Both the position numbers and the translations under genes were made by a program. A DNA stretch of 64,000 nucleotides from Klebsormidium nitens (taxonomy: Eukaryota > Plantae > Klebsormidiophyceae), in contig DF237223.1 of the NCBI GenBank assembly GCA_000708835.1, positions 51,269 through 115,268 on the forward strand. Reading direction: 5' to 3'. Of the stretch, positions 25,845-37,453 are shown piece by piece; the first letter of the stretch is position 1, and every line of letters begins with the position of its first letter. The notes beneath the pieces are model-generated. The model did no database searches. It had not been told where the DNA came from and worked only from the letters and a program-made list of their open reading frames with translations.

Positions 25845-28800
25845 TTAGATGCTCTTCAACAAGCTGTTGCCATCTACTTTGAAGGACACTTTCCTTGAAA
25901 GAACTACCTTGCTCTGGATAGGCGACTTGATTGCCGAACGACTTATGTTGGCCTTTGCAGGTGATGTGATGGACCCGTCGCCGGCTGAGTTTTTTGTTGG
26001 AGAGCGTGCCGGGTCAATCTCCACATCGTCATCAGGCCGCGGCTTCTTTCTTGCTTGAGAAGAGGTAGTAGATGCGCCCATCGCTTTTGCAACCGAACGC
26101 CCGGGCTTGTTGGGGCTGCCACTGCTCAGGTTAGAAGCAGCCAAAGCGCCGAATTCAATATGCTCGATAGGCGCGTCCGAATTGCGAAGCAAGGCTCCCT
26201 TCAGATTTACGTCATCACGTGAGTCAGCCGGCTTCTCGTCTGCCTCTGGTTCCTGACTCGTTTCCGGAAGCCCCGTTCCTGTGTCCATCAATTCCTCTCT
26301 CTTCGCGTCTTTGTCACCCTCGTTCCGCTCGGCACTGTCCTCCGCCGCTTTCTCCTCCTCTGCCATCTCCACAACAGGCTGGGAGAGCTGCTCGCGCTGA
26401 ACATTTTCCTCTGCCCCCTTCTTCAGCGCAAGCTCCCCGCCTCCAACAAGATCATCGTCGGCCCCCTCCAGCGCGATCGGGTCCACGTCAGCTAAGTTGA
26501 GCTCTTCCGCGAGGGCCACACCAACCTCGGAGAAAGACGCCACCGTTGCAGGCTCAGACCCGCCCTTGAGACCCGTTGCGCCTTCCCAGGTCTGCGCCTC
26601 TGCCGAAAAGACCAGCTGCCGCTTTGCCGAGGACCCGCTCTCCTCTTCCAGGTTAGGCTCCGTGACCAGGAACTTTGCAGGGGTGGGGGTGATCATCGGG
26701 TTGGGGCTCGCGCACTCCTGCATCTCCGACAGAGCCGTCTCCAGGCTCAAGCCCTCCTCTTCCGGTTCTGGGGAACACGGGTTGGAGTACCTTCCGCTTG
26801 AGTCGATTCTGACCGTCTTCGCCACTCGCACCGCGGCCGGCTGCGCGGCTATGCTCTCCTTGGGGCTTGGATTCGACCGAACTGGCTCGCTTCTTGCCGG
26901 ACGTCCGAAGCCCTGAGACCCCTCCACGGCGGCGGTCGGTTCCCCGTTGCGGACGTTCTTCCTGCCGCTGCCAAATGGCGCGGTTCTGGGCGCACTTGGA
27001 GGCAAGTTGCGGGTGGGTGACATCACGCTTGCGTGTGGGGGGGATGTCGGCGGAGTGCGCGCGCTGACCGGGGTGCGCTTTGAGGCCGATCCGGGCGACA
27101 GCGGGTCTCCGCTCGCGCGCTTCTTGCCTGGGCCAAACTCGACTGCGCGAGCTCGCCCGGCGAACGTCAGGGAGCAGATGGACTCTGCACAGAAAGCGGA
27201 CGAAAAAGAACCGTCAGTCTATCGCCGATTGGCATCCTTCTTGCCATATTTGGAGTTGAAAATCCCTGAAAGAGTCAGCTTCTTACTTCGAACAACAGTT
27301 CGATGAGGACAATGCTTATCACATCTGACCAAATTGCATGTCGAGCAATCTGGGCGCAGATAAGGACAAAAAGCGTCAACGGCTTGGCTAGAGAAGAGCA
27401 TTCTCTTCGTAAATATCTCTCATACAGTTATCTCGTTCAACTTACCAGCAGCATCGTCGGCGGCGGGACTTGCTTGCACCATCATGATCACTTTTGCATC
27501 CCTGCTCAGAGAGTCCTGCGTTCCAAAGACATAGATTAGAATCGGTGGGAGGCCATCCCAACTAGACCGCTACCTGATTTGCTCGTGTTTCAGGACCACA
27601 GCTGTAATACCACAGAACATTTCCAAAAGTTTATCCTTCTCCAGATACAAATGAGCGGTCCTTTTGAAGCAACGTGCATCAAATCTCATGAAAAAATCCC
27701 GGTCTTGTCATGGGGCCTGCTCAGGAGGATTTTGATGTCGCAAACACCGCAATGTAGATCAGCCGCAGGACGCTATCACCCAGCTCAGACTTTCTTTACC
27801 GACTCGAAAATATAGATCTGCTTGTTCACCTGGAGCAGGAAGGTGAGGGCGCTGTTCCGGTACGGCACGTGCTTGGCCTTCCTCGCAAGCGCATGGATGA
27901 CGTCACCGAGCGCGGAAAGTGACTTGTTGATGGCCAGCGTCTCCTTCAACTGCAGGGCCTCCGACACGGCCGTCCTGTGGAAAGAATTTCGTCATGATTT
28001 GAAACCCATCCCGTCTGGATGCTTCTCATGCCTCTTCGGTTTGCAAAGAAAAAATATTCTAAAGAGTGTCATTCCACGTGAGCACAGGGCGAAGCTGCTA
28101 GAGACGTTAACTCAAGTTGGTAAGATGGTGCCTATGAATTTTTTTGCATACCGAGTTGGAATACGACGTGAAATCCTACCGGTGGGGCTAGGCTTACCTG
28201 TTGAGCCGCTCACTGCCAGCCAAGTCGACGAGGACAAGCCTCCCGTGAGTTTGCTGGCTGCCGTCGCTACTACTTCCAACGACGGAGACGAGGAGGATTG
28301 CGTGAGAGCGGCTGCTCTGTTCATTCATCCTGCATAGATGGGTAGATCCGTCTGTCGGATCTGCATGCTATCTTGGCTCGAGCAAGTTTGAGAAGGTGGA
28401 ACTAGAAATTCATGAGGCCTCGAGATTCCACCAGTACGTTTTTCAAGAGGCAGAGTACCACAAGCTCTTACGCACCGGAACCAAGTCACTCGACAGATCG
28501 ACGCGAAGAAGCTTCTCTCCGCTCAGACTTCTTGCCAGTCTCACCCTGTTGCCGTGGTGGTGCGCGCGGCCATGCTGTGGTGCAGGACCTTCAGGACGTC
28601 TCTCAGATCCTGGGCCTCCAGGCGCGTCGCTCCCGGCACGTGCACTCCCTCGGGGCCCTGCCTGATCTCCAGCGCGTGCTCCTGAGAGTTTCCCTTCTTC
28701 GGCGCCAGCAGGTCGCGGACGCTCTCGTTGTAGATCTCCAGCGCAGACACCTCGATCTTGTACTCCCAGCTTGGGGCGCGCTCGAGGGCCTTCTCAAAGA

Positions 28801-31800
28801 GGCACGTCAGCGCGCGCGGGTTGATGCCCGGGTCGGAAGACGAGCCGGTCATGGTGAACGTCTTGCCGGAGCCGGTCTGCAAGTTGGACGAGAAGGAACG
28901 TGCTGACCTCACGAAATGAGCATGTTGACGTCGCTCATGATTCTCTAGCTGATTTACAACAACAGACGTCTGCAAGATTTGACAAGAGGAGATGTCGAGT
29001 TTTCGTTCTTCTGAATGCCTCAGAACACCTCAGCTCTGTAGGGCGCTCCGGACAAGTTACAAGGCCCAAAAAATGATGCCGAGAAAGGCGGGTACGCAAT
29101 ATTTATGTACTTTACCTGTCCGTAGGCAAAGATGCACACGTGGAAGCCGTCCAAGACCGACGTGAGAACCCCTTCCACCTCCTCAAATACTTGGGCCTGG
29201 GATGAGTGCTCGCCCAACACCCGATCGAAGTCGAACGTCTGGCTGCGGGTGGTGGCGGGATTGAGCACGGCGACGCTGTGGCCTTCCAGCAGCGTCACCG
29301 AGGACGGCTGCTTCTTCGTCACTTCGTCCGGAAGCAGGGGCCGGATGCGACAGAAGACGCGGATGTTGCCGCGGAGTTCTTGCAGCTGCAGGGGGTTAAT
29401 GAGGACTCTGTCACGAAACGGGTGACAGATAGCCGCTTCAACTCTATTGGGAAGGATTGAGTTGACAAATCTAGCAGCTCTTCGAAGAAGAGGCGCACTC
29501 ATATGAGAGACTCAACGTAAGTCATACGTACACTATGTTCGAGCTTTCTGCTAGACTCGCTTTTAAGATCACTTATGAAAATGGAATGTCTTCTGGCCGT
29601 CAAAAGATTCAGGCGAAGTCCGAGTATCTGAGAGAGAGGGTGGCATGAAATCTCATATGCCGCAGTGATCCAAGTAGAACAATATTCTGGACGGAGGGTT
29701 CTTTCCGCTCACCTGGTTGTAGATCCTCTTCCTCTCGTTCCATTCGGCCTTGTACTTCTCAACTGCCGCCGCAAGCTCTCCCTCCGCCTTCTGTGCAGCT
29801 TCTTCTGCGGTCTTCCTGGCAATCGCGAGGGTGATCATGTCGGCTTCAAGACGAGACAGCTTCCTCTGCAAGGAAACGTCAAAGTCAGGCGCAGTGGTAA
29901 CTTGAACCACGAGTCCATGAAATCCACGTCAGTCACTCAATGCATTGAGAGTCTTACTTGAGTTAAGCTTCATTGAGTAGTCAGCTGACGCAATGATATC
30001 TTGCAAAAGAGCCGTGAGCTTTCAGTGCTGCAAACTCAAATTTTCCCCCGCCGTTCGCATTCTGCCGATTGAAGCATCTATTGTAGGCGAACTACAAATC
30101 ACCTGGTAAACATTTCAGGCAACCGAATGTGCTCACCTGCATGGCAGCTTGCATTGCACTTTTCCTCTCGACGTCGTCGCTCAAGGTTCTCGCCAGCCTT
30201 TGCGACTGCTGTGCCCGGTCCTCTAGATTTTCCCGCTCCCTCCACCACTCTCCTCTCAGGCGGGCAGTAGCCTCCGTGACGGCTTGTGACAGTTCCTTCT
30301 GACGCTTCTCTAGCAGCAGCGCTTTTTCCTGCTTCCACTCCTCCGCTTCGGCACGTGCCTCTTCAAGAGCGCGCGCATGCTCCGCCAGCATCTCTCGCTT
30401 CTCTTGTTCGTGGTTCGAGATCGTACTCTCCAGCGCCTCTTGAGCAGCAAGAACGACCCGTGTCTGTTCCGCCAGCATTGTCTGTCTCTCGTCCTCCCAG
30501 TTGGCTGCCTCAAAAGAGGTCACTGAGGCTGCATCCGGAATGGAATCTTTGCCCGCCTCTTCTCTTGCGCCTCGGCCTCTGAGTTCAGCCAGCTCTGCCT
30601 CCAGCTCTTGCTCCCGTTTGCTCCACCGCCCCTTCATCTTCTCGACTTGCTCCTCTTGCATGTCTTTCTTCATGTACAGTTCGTCCGCTTCTGCACGGGC
30701 AGCCGCTCGGAGGGCTTCTTTGGTCTTCAGCTCTGCCTCCTTCGTGCTGACGAGAAGGCCGAGCCTCTTCACCTCCTCACGGAGCTCCCCTTGCAGCTGT
30801 TCCGTCATCCGCGCCTTTTCGGTCTCCACCGACTCCATCGCTTTGATTGCAAAAGCTTGATCCGTCTGCAGCTTCTGGACCGTCGCTTCCCATTTGCTTT
30901 CTGCTTCAGCTTCCGCCTGCAGCTTTGACTGTTGCGCCGCCTTCTTCAGCTGCTCGGACTCCTGCTGGTGCGCTCTCACGAGTTGGTAATCTGCAAGCTT
31001 CCACTGAGCTTCTCGTTCTTCGCTATACTTCGCCAAATTCTCCCTTAGTGCTCTTTCACACTCTTCCTCCAGCGGAAACAAGGCATCGGACGAGGTCTGA
31101 GTCTCTTCATCCTTCGCTTGCCTCCTGCACAAGGCGGAGGTTGAGGCAAGAAACAAGCAGAAAAGCGCGGCTCTTCCTGCTTGCAGATGGTGCTGTTCAT
31201 TCAGCTTCTCGGCGTTCTGCTTGAGGAACAGCCGCGTCTCTAGCTGACTCAGTCTCCAACTGGCTAATCTCATTGCTATTTGGCAGAGAGTCTCTGATGA
31301 AGTGAGACGCTGACAAACTGATTCAAAATCACCGTCAGAACCAGCCTTGGTCTCCAGCTGCCCACTGGAATGGAGTTTTTTTGGCGGTCCGCTGAAAGCT
31401 GGCGGAGTTTGGAGAAAGATTCCTTGAGCTTCTTGAGCGTAGTGCTGCGTGAAGTCCCCACTTCCGGTAAGCATACATGCCGGACTGACAGCACTCGCTT
31501 CAGGACCGTTTTGAGAAAGGGTCTCCTGCACCACATGTCTAATCTCGTTTCCAAGATGGCTGGAACGATGGAGCGTCGGATGCTTGACCGAGGGAAGGAC
31601 TCTCTTCCTTTCCTCTTCGAATGCAACCATGAGGGCTTCTCTTTCGCTTTGGGCAGCTCTTAACAGCTCTTGTCTTGTCTGAAGAAGCTCATCATCTTTC
31701 TTCCGCATGCTTGTCAGCAACTCCATCTTCTGGGACTGCAGTTTCGCAAACTCCTTGACGTGCCAAGATTCTATCTCGTGCAGTCTCCTCTCGACGTCTA

Positions 31801-33801
31801 CCGCCTCAACTACCCCTGGACCAATTTGAGGACTTCTTGGGGGTGTGCAAAGTCTTTCGCTTGGAGTGTCCATCTGCTCGTCTTCCTGAACAGTGACGAT
31901 GTCTTCCTTCCTGGTCGTAACACGAAGCTCTTTCCGCTTCCTGCTCGACAGAGTGGGCCCTTCTTGCTGATTGCTTTCTGCTGAAGCTCCCTGCTCTATC
32001 TCTCGAACAGACTCGAATCTTATCAAGAGTTGAGCCTCAAAGCCTTTCTCACAAGATTGTGATGCAGGAACTTTTTGCGGGGAAGCAATCAGTTTCTCTT
32101 CTGTTCCCACCTGCCTTTTCGTGTTGTGAGCACCCAACTCCTGCTCTTCCTCCGAAGTCGAACTTTCACTTCCAACGTTCAATCTCTTACAGGCGGCAAG
32201 CTTCTCAGGGGAGACTTCGAGAGAGTCGGCTGAAAGAGCGCGCTGGACGGATCGCAAAGCTGGAGGCGCTGTCGAGGTTGCTGAGAAGCCATGATCTTGA
32301 GGCTCCTGTCCAAGCAAGGCAGCAGTTGAAAACTGCATGCTGGCACGTTCATTCAGACCCGCTCGTTTGTCCAGGGCCTGCTGAGAAACAACACAGTGTG
32401 ATCAGCTCAGTCCTTATCAAGCAGGGCGGAACGACGTGCTCCTGATCACGTTGGGAGCCTTGTCCTGAAATCTACAAGGTCCTTGGAAACGACAATCAGA
32501 AGAAGCTGACCTCATACGTTTTAATAGCTTGCAAGCACCATCGCTTAAAATGAGAACGACCGACGATCCTTTCCTTGGATACGGAGCTTACACTTTTCAA
32601 GAAGTTGAAGGAGCTGCGCAGAAAAGTGTTGCTCTGAGACAGTGCTCGCCTCAACTTGGCTATCTGCAGGATGAGCAGACTGCATAAGTTGTTTCATCAA
32701 GGAAGGACTTTGTAGTTGTCTGATCGAACGCACTGAATTTGAGAAAAAACAAACAAGAACAGAGAATAATGATGTAGACTTGTCAGCTTTCACCAATTGT
32801 ACGATTGTACGATTGCACTTACCTCCACCGAGCTAGAGCTTGTACGCCTGACCGATGCCAACTTTGCAGAATCTTCCAGAAGCTTGGCCGTGTCCATCGT
32901 GCTTCTTGCTGGTCCATGTGCAGCTGTTGAGATTGCTGAAGCATCTGTTGCGCCTTGGCCTTTCTCATCAGAGGAAGATTCAGAACACTTTTTCAAGGAG
33001 TTCAAAGAAGCATGGGTTACTTTCCTCAGGGCTTCTTCTTGCGGATGTGTGTTGAAGCCTTTTTCGAAAGATATTTTCGGATAAGCGTCCATCACTTCTT
33101 TCTCGACCTCAGCACCGCCGCCTTCTGCAGCAACCCCAAATCCAAAATGCTCTTCCCTGAGAGGGGAAAAGATTGGAACTCCGCTATTCTCAGTTTCTGC
33201 CCCTTTAGCAATGTCCAGTGGAAGTTGGTTCAGAGGCAGTTCTGCAAGGGGATGACGAAGAGGTTCTATGCGCAGTGGTGACGTGTTCTCAGGAGCACTG
33301 GTCGCTCCACTTTGGACGCTGCATATGGAATGCTGCTCAAGCTTCTGCATTGGATCCGAACTGATGCCCTCCAGAAGAGCTTGCGTTGCTTGACCAGGCT
33401 TGGGAGGGGCAGTAGCATCCGAGCATGAGTCCACCTGCATGTTTGAAGTATAGTTCTATGGTAAGTGTTGATCAGAATCACGGCGTTCGTATGGAATTTT
33501 CAATCAGCAACAGAGAGTTTTAGCAACCAGGAGAACGGGTAAAAGGAGCAGCTTTGTAGCTTTCTCACGTTTGCACTTGACGGTTCATCCGAGTCCCATC
33601 GACCAGGAAATCCTACATTTTTAAGTTTGATTTCTGCAAGACGCCTTTCCATTGAAGCATCCGCAGTCAGCAGTAGAGAGAGGTCACCTTTGCGCCTACA
33701 GCAACAACGTCGCAACTTGGTGAAAAGAAGCTCACCCGTTCCTTGACGTCGTTGGACACAGAACCATCCTGCGCATTCTCATCCACTCCAAGGCGATCCA
33801 T
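25845..33801 (-). CDS. KIN14: Kinesin-14 family motor: long N-terminal coiled coil, motor domain, long Ser/Pro/Glu-rich C-terminal tail
   Basis: Kinesin-14 neck [27 protein letters not shown]|TGSGKTFTM (P-loop), [12 protein letters not shown], switch I NEQSSRSH (about 28300), switch [38 protein letters not shown] and [11 protein letters not shown]. The candidate ATG at 33801 is tentative. Confidence 0.9.
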
Positions 33802-34689
33802 GCCTATCTACTGCTATCGCATCAGCAGTGTTGACGTCCCTTCCTTCCCCTCTCATATCACTTAACATGTTTGCTGTTGTGAGGCCTCCATTCTGGGGCA
33901 GTCGCCGCCACAAAAGGGACGCCTAGGACTAGGACTGGTTCCTTTGCCTCTTGAGAGTAAGCCAGCAACTGCGCTTCAAACGATCAAACCTCAGGCTGGA
34001 ACCGGCGCCGCGCGTCACGACTCACAAGTTACAATAAACTGCTTCTATAAGCTAGCTTGATCGCTCCGGCCGCCCGCGCGGCCGCTGACCGTGCCGGGCG
34101 GGCGGCAGCGCGTGGCCAGGGGTTGGGGTTTGCCGCCCGGCCATGTCATTGCTTGGCGCGCGCGCGGACGCATGATCCAGTGAGTGGGGGGCGGCGCGAG
34201 GACGAAATCCCACCCAACTCTCTCGGCCGTCCGATGAGCAGGGTTTAGCCGAGTGCCGTCGATCTGAGATTCGGCTGGAATGAACAGAAAGTGCCCGGTT
34301 CGGCCCTAACACCCATAAGCTATGCACCCAACTGCTACAGTCGCACGACTCCGGGGGCTCTTAGGTGAAGTTCAGGGCACTGAGGTTTCCCAGTATGGCG
34401 AATTGGGCGCTGTAGGCACCGGCAACGTTAAGTGGGCGAGCTGCAACGACACGAGCATACCCTTTGGATCCATAAAGAGGCTTATACGTGAGGTGAGACG
34501 TTACGCAGCTTAAGGAGTCACTCACAATGAGCGGCTTACTACCTAGTGAACAGTGAATCCAGCATTGACAGCTCGGGTTTATCTTTGAAACCTGCCAAGT
34601 GATCAGCAGCTTGGTTTGATAGATCTGCAATTTCGACATTGCCATGCGCTCAGTGGCCTGGCCTGTTCTCCGTATCTCCTACTTTTCCG

Positions 34690-35390
34690 AGTGGTATGGT
34701 TGGTCTCCCACTCTCACAACAGTGTACCAGTGATGTTTACTTTTCCTTAGACTCCAAATGCCCACGAGTGGGTACACTCCATTGTAAGTGGTATGGCGGG
34801 TCTTGATGGGATATCGACCCCATTCACATAGTGTACCCAGTGATGTTTACTTTTCCTTGGACTCCAAATGCCCGTCAGTGGGTACGCTCCATTTCTGGTG
34901 GTATGGCGAATCTTGATGGGATAATCGTCCCCATTCACATAGTGTACCCAGTGATGTTTAGTTTTCCTTAGACTCCAAATGCCTGGCAGTGGGTACGGTC
35001 CATCAATTACAACGGAAATATGACCTGGCGTCCCCATTCACATAGTGTACCCAGTGATGTTTACTTTTCGTTAGACTCCAAATGCCCGTCAGTGGGTACG
35101 CTCCATCAATTACAGCGGAAAGACGCCGTCGGCCAATTGCTTTCTAGATTTTTAATGCCTGGCAGTGGGTACGGCCCATCAATCACAACGGAAATATGAC
35201 CTGGCGAGGTCGAACGTTGTTGACAGGTACCCGCTGTCGGCCGATTGCTTTTTAGATCCTTAATGCCTGGCAGTGGGTACGGCCCATCAGTTACAACGGA
35301 AGTATGGCGGCGTGGTTGTAGGTCGTTGACGGGTACCCGCTGTCGGCCGATTGTTTTCTAGACCCTTAATGACTGGCAGTGGGTACGCGC
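34690..35390 (-). repeat. Palindromic cassette array A (7 units, opposite orientation to arrays B-E)
   Basis: (C/G)AGTGGGTAC arms at 34766, 34876, 34987, 35090, 35163, 35271 and 35377, with partner arms GTACCCAGTG/GTACCCGCTG upstream. Period is 103-111 bp, with one 73-bp unit that lacks its left arm. Confidence 0.9.
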
Positions 35391-35622
35391 CATCAAACGC
35401 AACGCAAAAGGTGTTGGAATGGTCGTTGCCAAGGGACCGACTCACAAAAAGGGCTTCCCGTAAACTTGATATATTTTGAACGAGGCGCTTTTACTCGCAG
35501 GTCACTTGAAATGTGCAAATGTCCGTCACAAAGAGCCCTAGTCACAACCTTCCGCACACGGCGTATCTCGAGATCCTCGAAGCAGTCTTATGGCGTGGGG
35601 TCATTACCTACAAGCCGTGAGG

Positions 35623-36147
35623 TCAGTCTTCCCCAACCACACACGGACACCCTGAATGATTGCACACATCATCCATCGGCTCCAAATACATGCAAACCTC
35701 GTCGATGGACCTTGCTTCAGCATCAATATTGGTGTCGGCATCAGCTGCAGCTTCGGGGTCGACGGGATGGAAGAGCATGTCATGAAATTCAGTGACTATG
35801 GTGGCAAAGTCCTGGCGCTCAAAGCCGCCCTTGCTCATGAAGTCTCGGAATAGACGAGGCCAATTCAGATTGGTCGTCTTGCAACATCTGCCCGTCTCGC
35901 GAAGATGGCGGATGGTGAGATCTGCTATATCGTAGAAGAGCTTTGCATCACTGCAGATGCTTAGGTTGTTGATGTCGAGCGTAAAGAGATGCTTGATTGC
36001 CCCCATAACATAGTCGGCAATGAAATCCCACTGAATAGTGCGGTTGGCTGCTAGTGGCATCCCCAGATAGTCCTTGCTATCCGAGGTCTCATGCTTGAAG
36101 TCAGTGATGGTGTCACACGGAAGCGCCATGGGAAAAAAGTTGCCCAT
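35623..36147 (-). CDS. Hypothetical protein (174 aa), intronless
   Basis: ATG-initiated ORF with globular-like composition inside the accessory region; no motif recognised. Confidence 0.4.
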   Translation of the reverse strand: MGNFFPMALPCDTITDFKHETSDSKDYLGMPLAANRTIQWDFIADYVMGAIKHLFTLDINNLSICSDAKLFYDIADLTIRHLRETGRCCKTTNLNWPRLFRDFMSKGGFERQDFATIVTEFHDMLFHPVDPEAAADADTNIDAEARSIDEVCMYLEPMDDVCNHSGCPCVVGED

Positions 36148-36315
36148 CTAGGGGCACGTTTTTCCCTGAGTACGTCATTGAATGGCACTTGGAGCGGCTT
36201 GTACGAGCTTAAGAATTTACTACTTGCCCTTAGAATCAAATCAAAAGACGTCAAGACATGATCTCAGGGAAACCGAGGTGTGCTCAAATCAGCAAATCTG
36301 TTCCTTGTCAGAAGG

Positions 36316-36789
36316 ATGGACCATTCAACGTTGCTCAAAGCTTTCGAAGACGTCACGAGCACCGTGCTACTCGCCTCAACCACTCCAACAGCCTCAGCCA
36401 CCCTGCACGAGACCCTGAAGGCCGGTCAAGCCGTCAGAAGGTATGCGGCAGTCCACTTCCACGGCCCGGCTCCGGTCTTTGACGACATCAGAAGCGTTCC
36501 GGCGGCCGTCCCTCCGTTGCCAAATGCTGGGGGCGTGCGAGGGGGCCGCCCCTCCTATGTGGCCAAGCAAGGAGGCGCCGACTTTGCGTTTGACTACGGG
36601 CTCGCATTTAGTCTGCGGCCTGCAGGGGCCTTTGCACGGGGCGGATTCGGTTCAACGTGCATCGAGCGCACGTGCGGCGGAAAGGGGTTAGTTTATGCTC
36701 GAGGGTGCGATCCTTTCATCTGGGAGCGGAAACGAAACCGGGGCGGGGCCCTAATTTGCCGAGGCGGTGGGGGGCATCTTTTGTGCTTG
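36316..36789 (+). CDS. Hypothetical ORF running into the assembly gap; may be the N-terminus of the KDZ gene
   Basis: Open frame from ATG 36316 (MDHSTLLKAF...) to the N-run, on the same strand as the downstream transposase. Confidence 0.3.
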
Positions 36790-37241
36790 NNNNNNNNNNN
36801 NNNNNNNNNNNNNNNNNNNNNNNNNNNNNNNNNNNNNNNNNNNNNNNNNNNNNNNNNNNNNNNNNNNNNNNNNNNNNNNNNNNNNNNNNNNNNNNNNNNN
36901 NNNNNNNNNNNNNNNNNNNNNNNNNNNNNNNNNNNNNNNNNNNNNNNNNNNNNNNNNNNNNNNNNNNNNNNNNNNNNNNNNNNNNNNNNNNNNNNNNNNN
37001 NNNNNNNNNNNNNNNNNNNNNNNNNNNNNNNNNNNNNNNNNNNNNNNNNNNNNNNNNNNNNNNNNNNNNNNNNNNNNNNNNNNNNNNNNNNNNNNNNNNN
37101 NNNNNNNNNNNNNNNNNNNNNNNNNNNNNNNNNNNNNNNNNNNNNNNNNNNNNNNNNNNNNNNNNNNNNNNNNNNNNNNNNNNNNNNNNNNNNNNNNNNN
37201 NNNNNNNNNNNNNNNNNNNNNNNNNNNNNNNNNNNNNNNNN
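36790..37241. other. Assembly gap (about 450 N)
   Basis: Run of n characters. Confidence 1.
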
Positions 37242-37453
37242 NCACAGATAAGCTTGGCTGCATCGAACGGCGAAGCCGAACACAACTTATCCTGAACGGT
37301 AACATCGGCTCACTGAAGCCGATCCATCCGGGATATTACGGCGTCTTGCAGACAGCCACGCAGTGCGTCGTTAAGACGTAACCACCGCCGTTTCGCTAAC
37401 CCGCAGGTCAACGAAATCCTGTCGAGAACGAGGTTAGGCTTAACCAGTCGTAA

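Noticed and set aside
34195-34245. Hammerhead-ribozyme-like words GGACGAAA ... CCGATGAG
   Set aside because: The core would need CUGANGA, and stems II and III do not pair (GAGCAGG cannot pair with GAGGAC).
36280-37381. Long ORFs spanning 36.3-37.4 kb in several frames
   Set aside because: Artefacts of translating the N-gap.
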